IMG/VR virus record: IMGVR_UViG_3300035492_000206
Source of the DNA: a virus
Strand: one strand, 5' to 3'
DNA: 64,000 nucleotides
Below are positions 18,204-27,052 of the stretch, piece after piece; positions within the stretch are counted from its first letter, which is position 1, and every line of letters begins with the position of its first letter. The position numbers and the translations under genes were made by a program. The notes below the pieces were generated by a model. That model was not told where the DNA came from, made no database searches, and saw only the letters and a list, made by a program, of their open reading frames with translations.

Positions 18204-21200
18204 ATGAAACACTCCGTCGCCTGGACCGAGCAGAACGAGCCTATCGGCCTGTCGCTCGATCAGCTCCTCTATCGTATGCGCCGCCATGACAGCCAGGATG
18301 GCCTGCTGTTTGACAGCGTTACCCTGAACGAAATCCTGCAGGAAGAAGGCGTCGAGCAGTTCGCCTTTGACGCCCTGGTATCCCCGTTTTCAAAGCTCAA
18401 GCGCAAGATGGATATCCTGTCGCGCACCATGGACCGCGCCATTGATGGCTATGGCGTGATCGCCATGCAGGTATCCGATCCGTTCAAGCGCAACGGCGTG
18501 GCTCAGGTTGCCGCCGTGTTCGAGCTGGCCGATGGTCAGACCGTGAGCGTTTACTTCCATAATCCGGACAACACCCCCGGCAAGTTGGCCCCTACTGATG
18601 AAATGATCAGCTGGAAGTGGCTGCTGAACAAGAAAGATATCACCATCGTGGTAGCCCCCGAGCGAGGCAATGACCTGCAGATTCGCGAAGTAGCACGCCG
18701 CATCATGAAGTTGGCGCAGAAGAACAGCGCTGCTTTTGCCAAGGCCAATGCCAAGCGCGCCGAACGTCTGGAGATGATCGAAGGCCTGCGCACTGAGATC
18801 AGCGATCTGGAATACGAACTGTCGGACCTGCAAGACCAGATTGAGGTTGCCAAGGTTGAGGCTGAAAGTCGCGCCATGGCCCCGTACAAGGCGGTCAAAG
18901 CGGCTGGCATGGCTGCACTGAATAGCTTCCGCAAGTTCCTGAGTCGCAGCCAGTACCGCGCCATGGTGGAAGCCATTGAGGGTGAAGAAGGTGCCGGTAT
19001 GGCTGACCGTGCCAAAGCGCTTGCGGCCATTATCGAAGGTATGGCGGCCACCTATGATCAGGACGGCAAGGGCGATAATGCCACCGTCTACCTGCATTAC
19101 TTCCAGAACAGTGCCGACTGGTTCATTACTGAAAAGGACGCTCAGGGCGGCACTCAGCAGGCCTTCGGCTATGCCGATATGGGGCAAGGCGGCGAGCTGG
19201 GTTATATCAGCATCGATGAGCTGACCAAAAACGGCGTCGAGCTGGACCTGTACTTTGATCCCAAGCCGCTCAAGGCGGTTAAGCCGTCCAGTGCCGGTAC
19301 CGATGAAGCCGAGGCCGACCTTGCGAAGGCGCATGCCGAGCTGGATGGACGCATCGATGCCCTGTCTGATGATGAAGCGCAGCGCATGGCGCAAGCTCTG
19401 GAGCTGAAGGTTGGTGCCGGTAAGGATTCGCGCGACGTGATCAAGCAGCAGCATCCTGACGATCAGCGTCGCGGGCTTGAGTTGATCGCCTCCCAGTCTG
19501 AGGCAAGCGAATCGACCGATCCCACAACCCCAGAAGGTTACGCCGCCATCATGGACGACGAGGCAGCACTGACCGCCGTTCAGGACCAGCTCGACAGCCA
19601 CTTCCAGGCGCGCATGATCGAGGTCCGCAACGCCCTGCGCGAACTGGGCTGGGAAGGCGAGCGCTTCAAAACCCTGTCGAAGAATGGCGTAGAGGCGGTA
19701 TTCGACCTGATTCAAGTGGGTGCCGGTGCCAATGTGGCCGGTATGACCATCAACGGCATCCGTGACGACCTGAGCAAAACCCCGGCAGAGTTGGCGGCTG
19801 AAGTGGATGCGCTGGCCGAGCCGGTGATCGAAATCGCCAAGTCCTACCGGAACTATGTCGACGATGCCGATGGTGATCTGTTCGAGGCGGCCAAGGCCTT
19901 TTTCAAGGCTGAGCTACAGGGCAAGGTCGTCAAGACAGTGATCGGCGATGTGCATATGACTGGTGGCGGCTTCAGGGAGATGAAGCGCGGCATGAAGTCG
20001 GATGAACTCAAGGCAAGATTGCTTCCCAGCGTGCCGGATATTCTTTCATCCGGCCGATACGACGGTCGCAGCGAGCTTCATAAGCCGCGCAACGATGGTT
20101 ATGTGGCGTTTCACTTCTTTGAGAAAGAAGTGGAGCTGGATGCCTTGATCGTAACCGCCGGGGTAAACGTCGGCGAGCGCAATGACAAGGCTCTCACCTA
20201 CACGGCATACGGTCTCGGATACGAAGGCGGAATTGGCTGGAAAAACAAAGCCGCATCCGGCGGTGTGCTCGATGCGGCTTCGTTCCGCGGGAAGGTGTTC
20301 CGAGGTCCAGGGGTGCCTAGTGAGCCAACAACCAAGCCCGGATCGACTTCCTTCCCCTTGCTCACTATGGATTCCAGTGTAGGTGCTAATGATGAAATTC
20401 TCAACCTCGTGATCCTTAAAGTGGTAGACAAGACCACAGGCGAAGAGCTGACTGAGTATGAGGATGCGCAGGAAGTCGAGCCCATAGAGTCCGACGGTAT
20501 CGAAGAAGTGCTCGATGAGCCTACAGCCGAACAGGTGCTTATCAACGACTTCTATCAAGCGATTCAGGATGAAACTGCTCACATAGAGTCTGCGATTGCA
20601 GGAATTGACTGGGATGCAATCACGGACGTGGAGACCGGCAACGAGCAGGCCGGGGCGCTACGTGATGCCGTAAAAGGGTATCAGCCTGTTGCCAAGGCGC
20701 TGGAGCAACTGGGCGCAAACGGCATCAATGACGGTAATGCGAGTCTGGCCAAGGTATTCGATTCCGATGCCTATCAGGCCAGGGATGAAGCAATGCTCAA
20801 GCTTCGCGAAACAGTCGACAGCATTCACGATCTGGGCAAAGACCGGCTGCGCAAGGCTGGCGAGGCTGAACTCGCATCATTGCCGGAAGACGCATCTCTG
20901 GAGGACGTAGCCAAAGCAATATTCCGCAAGCATGGCATTGACCTGGGTGAAGCTACGAGCGGTCGTGCGGCAGCCATAGTCGAAGGAATAGAAGAAAAGA
21001 ATGCTGAAATGCTCAGGGGCGTTCTGCTGGCAGGGAATAACCCTGCAAGCAACGAGATTTTCGAATATGCGACAGGCATCAAGCTTGCCAAAACCCAGAA
21101 GCAGCGCGGGGTTCAAATTGACGACTGGGCAGGGATCAGCGAGCAACAGCGTGCAGATATCGAAGCAGCGAAGGTCGCTGACAGGGAGGCTGAAGAGCTT

Positions 21201-22286
21201 GCCCGTGAGGTGTCGTCCGCGTGGGATGAGCTTGGGCGAAGCAGCGTGCGCAGCGAGCAGGGCATTCAGGACGGGCAACGTTATCTGATGGGGTTTGTGG
21301 ATGCAGGCGTGCGCGAAATCGGCACAGCGAAGAAGGGCGCAGCAACTGTATACGGCCTGCGCAACAACGATGGTTTGATCTCTGTAAGCGGCAAGAGCTT
21401 CAACCGCTTCCTGAAGGCGGCTACGGCTTACGGCGGCTTGATGCCTGCGCTTGAGCTGGTTGGTGCAGTAGCGACCAAAAGCCAGGAAGAAGAGGTGGCT
21501 CAGGGTGTGGGTGCTGAGGCGGTAAGCGATCCTGAGCAGGCACTGCAACAGGCGCGCGAACAAACCGATAGAGATCCAACCGATGAGCAGAAGGTAAGCG
21601 GCGACTACCAGAAGGGAGAGCTGAACGCCTTTGGCTTGACCCTGGCAATTGAAAATCCAAAGGGGCATGTCCGATCCGGCAAGAATGAAGGCGGGGACGA
21701 ATGGCAGGTAAGCATGGCGCACGACTATGGCTACATCAAGGGAACCAAAGGCCTGGACGGTGACGAAGTGGATGCTTTTATCGGCCCCAATCTCGAAAGC
21801 GAGAAGGTTTTTGTGATCGAGCAGGTGGATTCGGCGGGGGTGCTTGATGAGCACAAGGTAATGCTTGGGTTTGATGACGAAGAGAGCGCAAAACAGGGAT
21901 ACCTGTCCAGCTACAAAGCAGGCTGGGATGGTCTCGGTGCTATTCGCGAAATGAGCCTTACTGAGCTGAAAGAATGGCTGCCGACTGCCGGCGGGAAATC
22001 CATGCCTTCGCTTGAGCCTGAGCCAGCAGCTGAGCCAGAACCGGTAGAGCCTGAAGCGATGACTGAGCCTGATCAGCAAGCGGTGGAGCCCGAAAAGCAA
22101 GCTGATACCGACTACCTGCAGTCCATCATCGATCAGACCATTGCCGATCCGCTGGCGTCCGATATCGCCGATAAGCTGGGCGAAATCTTCGGTCGCAACG
22201 CCGGTGATGCCGAAATGGAAACCCTGATCGAACAGGCCGCTATGGCCTATCAAAATGCCGTCATGCAGGCCACTGCCAACCTCTAA
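18204..22286 (+). CDS. darA: DarA-family polyvalent internal head protein (DarA_N, DUF2958-like, LPD3-like, inorganic-pyrophosphatase-like, DarA_C)
   Basis: DarA_N: VFELADGQTVSVYFHNPD...MISWKWLLNKKDITIVVAPE. DUF2958-like: DWFITE..QAFGYADMG.GGELGYISIDEL..VELDLYF (~19040-19280). LPD3-like ~19880-20240. iPPase-like: IENPKG..RSG..HDYGYIKGT.G.DGDEVD..DEHKVMLGF (~21585-21980). DarA_C: DTDYLQSII... Confidence 0.85.
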   Translation: MKHSVAWTEQNEPIGLSLDQLLYRMRRHDSQDGLLFDSVTLNEILQEEGVEQFAFDALVSPFSKLKRKMDILSRTMDRAIDGYGVIAMQVSDPFKRNGVAQVAAVFELADGQTVSVYFHNPDNTPGKLAPTDEMISWKWLLNKKDITIVVAPERGNDLQIREVARRIMKLAQKNSAAFAKANAKRAERLEMIEGLRTEISDLEYELSDLQDQIEVAKVEAESRAMAPYKAVKAAGMAALNSFRKFLSRSQYRAMVEAIEGEEGAGMADRAKALAAIIEGMAATYDQDGKGDNATVYLHYFQNSADWFITEKDAQGGTQQAFGYADMGQGGELGYISIDELTKNGVELDLYFDPKPLKAVKPSSAGTDEAEADLAKAHAELDGRIDALSDDEAQRMAQALELKVGAGKDSRDVIKQQHPDDQRRGLELIASQSEASESTDPTTPEGYAAIMDDEAALTAVQDQLDSHFQARMIEVRNALRELGWEGERFKTLSKNGVEAVFDLIQVGAGANVAGMTINGIRDDLSKTPAELAAEVDALAEPVIEIAKSYRNYVDDADGDLFEAAKAFFKAELQGKVVKTVIGDVHMTGGGFREMKRGMKSDELKARLLPSVPDILSSGRYDGRSELHKPRNDGYVAFHFFEKEVELDALIVTAGVNVGERNDKALTYTAYGLGYEGGIGWKNKAASGGVLDAASFRGKVFRGPGVPSEPTTKPGSTSFPLLTMDSSVGANDEILNLVILKVVDKTTGEELTEYEDAQEVEPIESDGIEEVLDEPTAEQVLINDFYQAIQDETAHIESAIAGIDWDAITDVETGNEQAGALRDAVKGYQPVAKALEQLGANGINDGNASLAKVFDSDAYQARDEAMLKLRETVDSIHDLGKDRLRKAGEAELASLPEDASLEDVAKAIFRKHGIDLGEATSGRAAAIVEGIEEKNAEMLRGVLLAGNNPASNEIFEYATGIKLAKTQKQRGVQIDDWAGISEQQRADIEAAKVADREAEELAREVSSAWDELGRSSVRSEQGIQDGQRYLMGFVDAGVREIGTAKKGAATVYGLRNNDGLISVSGKSFNRFLKAATAYGGLMPALELVGAVATKSQEEEVAQGVGAEAVSDPEQALQQAREQTDRDPTDEQKVSGDYQKGELNAFGLTLAIENPKGHVRSGKNEGGDEWQVSMAHDYGYIKGTKGLDGDEVDAFIGPNLESEKVFVIEQVDSAGVLDEHKVMLGFDDEESAKQGYLSSYKAGWDGLGAIREMSLTELKEWLPTAGGKSMPSLEPEPAAEPEPVEPEAMTEPDQQAVEPEKQADTDYLQSIIDQTIADPLASDIADKLGEIFGRNAGDAEMETLIEQAAMAYQNAVMQATANL
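20241..20280 (-). terminator. Minus-strand intrinsic terminator inside darA
   Basis: Perfect 10-bp inverted repeat AAGCCGCATC (20248-20257) / GATGCGGCTT (20271-20280), followed on the minus strand by TGTTTTT. Confidence 0.7.
20241..20369 (-). ncRNA. Predicted ~130 nt antisense RNA inside darA
   Basis: Minus-strand promoter at 20376-20404, 8-bp 5' hairpin (20318-20325 with 20360-20367), and an intrinsic terminator at 20241-20280. The ends are predicted. Confidence 0.55.
20376..20404 (-). promoter_or_regulatory. Minus-strand sigma70 promoter inside darA
   Basis: TTGAGA (20404-20399), 17 nt spacer, TACACT (20381-20376). Confidence 0.65.
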
Positions 22287-22292
22287 GGACGA

Positions 22293-23999
22293 ATGATGAA
22301 TCTTTTTTTCGATGCTACCGAAAGTAGCAAAGCTAAATCGACGCTTGCCAGGCTCCGCCTGGTCGGCGCTTTGGCCAAGGTACGCAAAGATATCCTGGCG
22401 CTGGGTGCGGGGGCTGGCAATATTGTCCAGCGCCTGCAACTGGCCAAAGAAGCCTTGAGCCTGCGTGAGCAGCTGGGCGAGCTTGATGCACCCAACGATG
22501 TTGAATCAGATAATGAACCCGACCGGGAAGCCATTCTGGGCGTATTCAGGCAGCTTGGGCGTGACTACCCAGATCGTAGTATGTCTGTTGCAGGGAATTT
22601 GGCGGGCAGCGTGGTGGCGCTGATCCGTGAGGCAGTAGGGCGCGAGGTCATGCCAGAGGAGCTGAGGCAACTGGTCAGCATGGAGGATCGACGCGCCGCC
22701 TATCGAGAAGGCCAGCGGTCTGTCGACCCTGTCGCAAGCGCCGTTGTTGCCATGCACGATGTGATTGAGGCACAGGCTGATGTCCCTGCTGCTGTCGTGC
22801 GCGACGATATCGGAGCGGTTGACTTTATCTGGGGCGAAGAGGGCAAGGAGCCGACTGCATCCGGTAAGCGCAAAGGTGCCAAGGGTGTGGCGCATATCCT
22901 TGAGGCACGAATGCGCAAGGATGGCCTGAGCCTGGAGGAGGCTGCCGCTGTGGCAGAGGAAGTGGCAAAAGTGGTCGCTACAGGCGAGATTACACTAACC
23001 CATCACCATCAAGATGTGAGCCAAGCTACCATTACAGACGGCAAGTACTCTGCAATCATGGTGAAGCGGGAAGGTAGTAATGCATGGCTGCTGACAGGGT
23101 GGGAAGAAAATAAGGATTCCGATGCCACTGGCAAGGGGGATGACAAAACCAGCGCTACGCACTCCGGGCCTACACCTGCCCGTCCCGGAGAGGGAGCGGA
23201 ACCCTCTGATATCAATATAGCACAATCTCAGGATGAAGGTCAGCCGACCGATGAAGGCAGTGCGTCTACAATAGCTGCCCACGGCCTCGCACTGGAGGTG
23301 CCGGCCATTGATCAGCAGCTGATAGATGATTACAACCGCACGACTCATGTATTTGGTGGCCGCGACTTCAATGCAGAACTCCGCAGCGAAGCGGAAAGCC
23401 TTTTGAATGAACTGGTCGAGCGAAACCACACGCTGGATACCCCGGAGCAGCAGGCACTGGCCAAAGAGCTGATCGAATCCTACCTGCAGGCCCAAGCGGA
23501 GTTCGCGCAGTGGAATGCGCGCTTCAGCACCAGTAACCCATCTTGGATTGTGACTGGCCGCAGTGGTCGCGACATGGGCAAGTACAATCGCGCCAATGAG
23601 CGGCACATGGATGAATACACCCGGCGCGTTGACCAGTTGCAGGCCCAGCGTGACCGCATAGGCGAAACGCTCTACAAGATGCGCCCCCAAGAGGTTCAGG
23701 TAGAACAAGCACTGGGCTCGGACTTGCGCGGCATTACCCAACAGGCCGGGCATATTCTGGGTTATTTGGAGGAGGGTAAAGCCGCGCTGGTTGCGGAAAC
23801 CCGCAAATGGGCCGCACCTAAAGCGCACAAGTTGATCGAGCGCAGCCTGACTGTCGACCGTAACCGCACCCTTGAGCATATCCGCGAGCTGGAAAACTCC
23901 AAGTCCGTACAGGATGCCGGTGGTTTGGCCAAGGTGTTCGGCCCTCGCTCAAAGGCAGGCAAGCTGGTGGAGACGCTTCTGAGTGAGCCTGACTCTTGA
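22293..23999 (+). CDS. Second polyvalent head-targeted protein with a BECR/barnase-colicin-like (PBECR) nuclease domain
   Basis: N-terminal LARLRLVGAL...RLQLAKEALSLREQLG leader. DIGAVDFIWG..KGVAHILEAR..SAIMVKREGSNAWLLTGW domain (~22780-23110). SWIVTGRSG..KYNRANERH segment typical of polyvalent proteins. Confidence 0.65.
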   Translation: MMNLFFDATESSKAKSTLARLRLVGALAKVRKDILALGAGAGNIVQRLQLAKEALSLREQLGELDAPNDVESDNEPDREAILGVFRQLGRDYPDRSMSVAGNLAGSVVALIREAVGREVMPEELRQLVSMEDRRAAYREGQRSVDPVASAVVAMHDVIEAQADVPAAVVRDDIGAVDFIWGEEGKEPTASGKRKGAKGVAHILEARMRKDGLSLEEAAAVAEEVAKVVATGEITLTHHHQDVSQATITDGKYSAIMVKREGSNAWLLTGWEENKDSDATGKGDDKTSATHSGPTPARPGEGAEPSDINIAQSQDEGQPTDEGSASTIAAHGLALEVPAIDQQLIDDYNRTTHVFGGRDFNAELRSEAESLLNELVERNHTLDTPEQQALAKELIESYLQAQAEFAQWNARFSTSNPSWIVTGRSGRDMGKYNRANERHMDEYTRRVDQLQAQRDRIGETLYKMRPQEVQVEQALGSDLRGITQQAGHILGYLEEGKAALVAETRKWAAPKAHKLIERSLTVDRNRTLEHIRELENSKSVQDAGGLAKVFGPRSKAGKLVETLLSEPDS

Positions 24000-24013
24000 T
24001 GATGCTAAAGGTA

Positions 24014-24045
24014 TCGAGTGACAGGCATGGTGTCCTGTCACTCGA
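24014..24045. terminator. 12-bp perfect hairpin between convergent genes
   Basis: TCGAGTGACAGG (24014-24025) / CCTGTCACTCGA (24034-24045). No T-tract on either side. Confidence 0.55.
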
Positions 24046-24061
24046 CCGGCTATAGGCGGGA

Positions 24062-27052
24062 TCAGAGTCTTACGCTTTTGGCGCGCCCAAAGCACTCATC
24101 AATCACGAATGTGACACCATCCTGGTCTCGCAGCGATATCTCCATGCTTGCGTGCTCATCCAGACCCATTTCTGCTGCAATCCTTGGCAGCTGATCAAGC
24201 GAAGGCGACAGCATATCCCAGCAGCCGACTTTGTCGTTGGGGCGAATCTCAACATCTTCCGTTACGTGCCATTCTGCCCAATCTCGCGCCAATCCCGATT
24301 CATTCAAGGCAGGTGAATGGATCTCGAAATACAGGTTCTGATGCCGGTCATACCGGGCGCGAAATCGCACTGTTGGTTGAGGATCGTGCCGAAGATTGAA
24401 ATCGATATAGTGACGACGCGTCAGCCATGCAAGTGCTGTCTTCGATGGGGCGCACCCTGTAATAACCTGCGCTTCAGCTTCAGCCAGCATGCGTTTGGCT
24501 TGATTCTGATCATCCTGCGCCAAAGCGCACATTGCACCATTGTGACCGAACACAAGCGTAGGCGTTATAACAAGTCCTGCCGCCTGCCAGCCGCTGGCAC
24601 CGGCTAGTAGTGCGGCCATTGATTGATCGTTGTGAGTGTATATATTCGCATTGCCCGGATACCTGAAGCAGTCAGCACACCCCTTCAATGATCGAAGATT
24701 ACGATCAAGGATGGCGATATTGGGTGCCTGGACATGCAGGCGTCGATGTCGATTGACGCGCCCCGCGATCTGCACAATGGATGCCGTTGAGGACGGCTCA
24801 ATCACAGACCAGTCAAAATCATGATCGCGACCGACTTCTTCCACTGGCGTAGCCACAACTACAAAGACCAGATCTTCTTCCGGAGCCTGTCGGATCATAT
24901 GATCAAGCTCTGCATCCTGAAAGATGTGTTCGTTCCCTCGCTTGCGGTTAAAAAGCCTGTCCAGTGCGCTTTCCTTCACCCATCGGCGCAACCGGAAATC
25001 CTCAGAATGGTAAGCCGACACCCGGTAGCCTGGCTCGCTCTGCAGCCGGGTAGCTATCTCTACGCAAGGTTCGATGTTGGCAACCCGGACAACGCCGAAA
25101 GAGACGCGCTTACCTGATGGGTGCAACCATGCATGATTGTGGTGCAGTTGTTGTATTGCGGCGCTGATCGAGTGTTGAAATCTATCAATTGGCGTTTCGC
25201 CTTCAGCAACGGTCTGTATGTACGCCAAGCGATAACAGGGTTCCTGGTGTAGGTGGTCGGCAAGCCCATCAAGCCACTGCGCAATGATTGGCTCAATCTC
25301 ATCCGAAGCCCCTGTATGGCTTGAGGGTGACTGGTAGTTGTCTACCAGTGTGATATGGCAGCCTACATGCGAGTGGTGATTGATGGCGCCATGCATGTGC
25401 GCACCGGCCTCAAATGCACGCACCACTGCAGCAGCACATCCCTGCGTGAGTGTCGCGCTGGAGACGATGACGTTACACCCAAGCAGGGCCGCCATTTCAA
25501 TCAGTCGCATCACCGCACCTAGGGATTGAGGGCTGTAATTATCAATTTCATCAAGAATCAAATCACTGCCTGCCACGCGCAGAGCCGCCGTTACATGATG
25601 GCCCTGGCGACCGGGGTTACCCGCATCAATCAGGTAGTCGAGTGTGGATACCAAAAGCGGGGTCCCGAGCAGGGCGCACGTTTTTTCTTCTGAACGGCAG
25701 CCGCCGTAGGTTTCAGCCCATTCACGCACCCACTTTGGGCAAGCAGGATCCACGTTGCCACCAATCTCCCAGATCGCGCGCCCATCAGCCGTGTCGGTTT
25801 CATCCTCATCCTCGTCCACAGCGCCAAGCTTTGCACGCGTGGTGTCGTGTGCCGCCTTCAGAAAGGCATCCCCCATTACGGTTGCTACTTGCTGCCTGGG
25901 CAGGCCAAGGTCTGCGCAAATCGCTTCACCCGTTTGCAGCGTAAGCGAGCGCAAGTTCAGGCCAATAGATATGCGTAACGGCGCTTCTGGTGCTGTCATT
26001 GCATCGGCTATCATCAGGTTGGCGCGCGTCTTCCCCGTGCCGGTGGACGCTGCGTTCAGTACAAGGCGGGGAGTGTTTCGCTGTTCGGGATGCTCATATT
26101 GCGAACGGATATGGTTGACCGCGTCCCGCTGCCAGGCAAAGCGAGATTCAGTACTGTCGCCATGTAGGCGTGCGCGCGCAGCGGTCGAAAGACCTGCAAG
26201 CCCTTCAATTTTGGCCAGCTTTTCTACCCAGCTGGCGGCTTCCTGACCAACGTGCTCAAGATGCCAGTCCAGCGGCTGATCAAGTTTACGCCCGACCCCG
26301 TTATTATTCGGTTTGGTGTTGGCATACAGGCGGTCACTCATGCTATCCACGATTAAGTCACCAGCCATTGAGCGGCTGGACACCTGATGATCTGCGGCAA
26401 TCAGAGCCATTCGGACTATCATGCCCAAACCCTTCCAGTAAGGCGCTTGCTGGTGTTCTTGCGCGGGCAGGTCCGCATCAATACGCTGAAGCACATCCCA
26501 GAGCGCGCTTTCAAGGCTTTCAGGGAAGCCCTGCGTATCGGACGGCATTTGCTTAAACGCATCGACTGGCTGATCGATGAATGGCCTGACATGCGTCTCC
26601 GCCATGGGAATGACCGATCTGTCTTTGTGGCTTGATCGCGCCGTTGGCCCCAACAAGCCGTGGTGTGTCATTACAGCAAAATCGACAACATCGTCAGCCT
26701 TGCATACGGGCGCGACAACAGTCTGCTTAATCATCCGATGGCCCTGCTGCAGGGGCTGCATAAATGCAGGTAGCCGCTCTATGCCATCATCCGCCATTAC
26801 GTGCCAAGCATCCTTCAATGTGGGCGGCGGGGCGGCATTGCCTGCATCGGCACTTTTCTGCCAGGCGCGCATCATGCCTCGCCATGTTTCCAGTACCCGC
26901 ACCGAGATCCACTCATGCCGGATTCGGTCACCACTCAATGCAGACTGCTGTCCACGCAGCTTTTCTTGGAAATGCACAGTGGCTTTCCCAATGTCATGGC
27001 TCAAGCCTGCCGCGCGAGCCAGGAGTGAGGCGAGGTTGGCCCAGCTATTCAT
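24062..27052 (-). CDS. cas3: Type I-F Cas3 HD-nuclease/helicase lacking the N-terminal Cas2 domain
   Basis: LSHDIGKA at residues 17-24, THHG, AADHQVS, ASTGTGKTRAN, LILDEIDNY, SSATL, VVATPVEEVGRDHDFDW and QIAGRVNRHR. Confidence 0.93.
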   Translation of the reverse strand: MNSWANLASLLARAAGLSHDIGKATVHFQEKLRGQQSALSGDRIRHEWISVRVLETWRGMMRAWQKSADAGNAAPPPTLKDAWHVMADDGIERLPAFMQPLQQGHRMIKQTVVAPVCKADDVVDFAVMTHHGLLGPTARSSHKDRSVIPMAETHVRPFIDQPVDAFKQMPSDTQGFPESLESALWDVLQRIDADLPAQEHQQAPYWKGLGMIVRMALIAADHQVSSRSMAGDLIVDSMSDRLYANTKPNNNGVGRKLDQPLDWHLEHVGQEAASWVEKLAKIEGLAGLSTAARARLHGDSTESRFAWQRDAVNHIRSQYEHPEQRNTPRLVLNAASTGTGKTRANLMIADAMTAPEAPLRISIGLNLRSLTLQTGEAICADLGLPRQQVATVMGDAFLKAAHDTTRAKLGAVDEDEDETDTADGRAIWEIGGNVDPACPKWVREWAETYGGCRSEEKTCALLGTPLLVSTLDYLIDAGNPGRQGHHVTAALRVAGSDLILDEIDNYSPQSLGAVMRLIEMAALLGCNVIVSSATLTQGCAAAVVRAFEAGAHMHGAINHHSHVGCHITLVDNYQSPSSHTGASDEIEPIIAQWLDGLADHLHQEPCYRLAYIQTVAEGETPIDRFQHSISAAIQQLHHNHAWLHPSGKRVSFGVVRVANIEPCVEIATRLQSEPGYRVSAYHSEDFRLRRWVKESALDRLFNRKRGNEHIFQDAELDHMIRQAPEEDLVFVVVATPVEEVGRDHDFDWSVIEPSSTASIVQIAGRVNRHRRLHVQAPNIAILDRNLRSLKGCADCFRYPGNANIYTHNDQSMAALLAGASGWQAAGLVITPTLVFGHNGAMCALAQDDQNQAKRMLAEAEAQVITGCAPSKTALAWLTRRHYIDFNLRHDPQPTVRFRARYDRHQNLYFEIHSPALNESGLARDWAEWHVTEDVEIRPNDKVGCWDMLSPSLDQLPRIAAEMGLDEHASMEISLRDQDGVTFVIDECFGRAKSVRL

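Noticed and set aside
18390-19715. Long antisense ORFs opposite real genes (also 7993-9231, 20877-22439, 33180-34136, 44433-45404)
   Set aside because: Shadow frames of GC-biased coding sequence with no recognisable motifs or SD sites.
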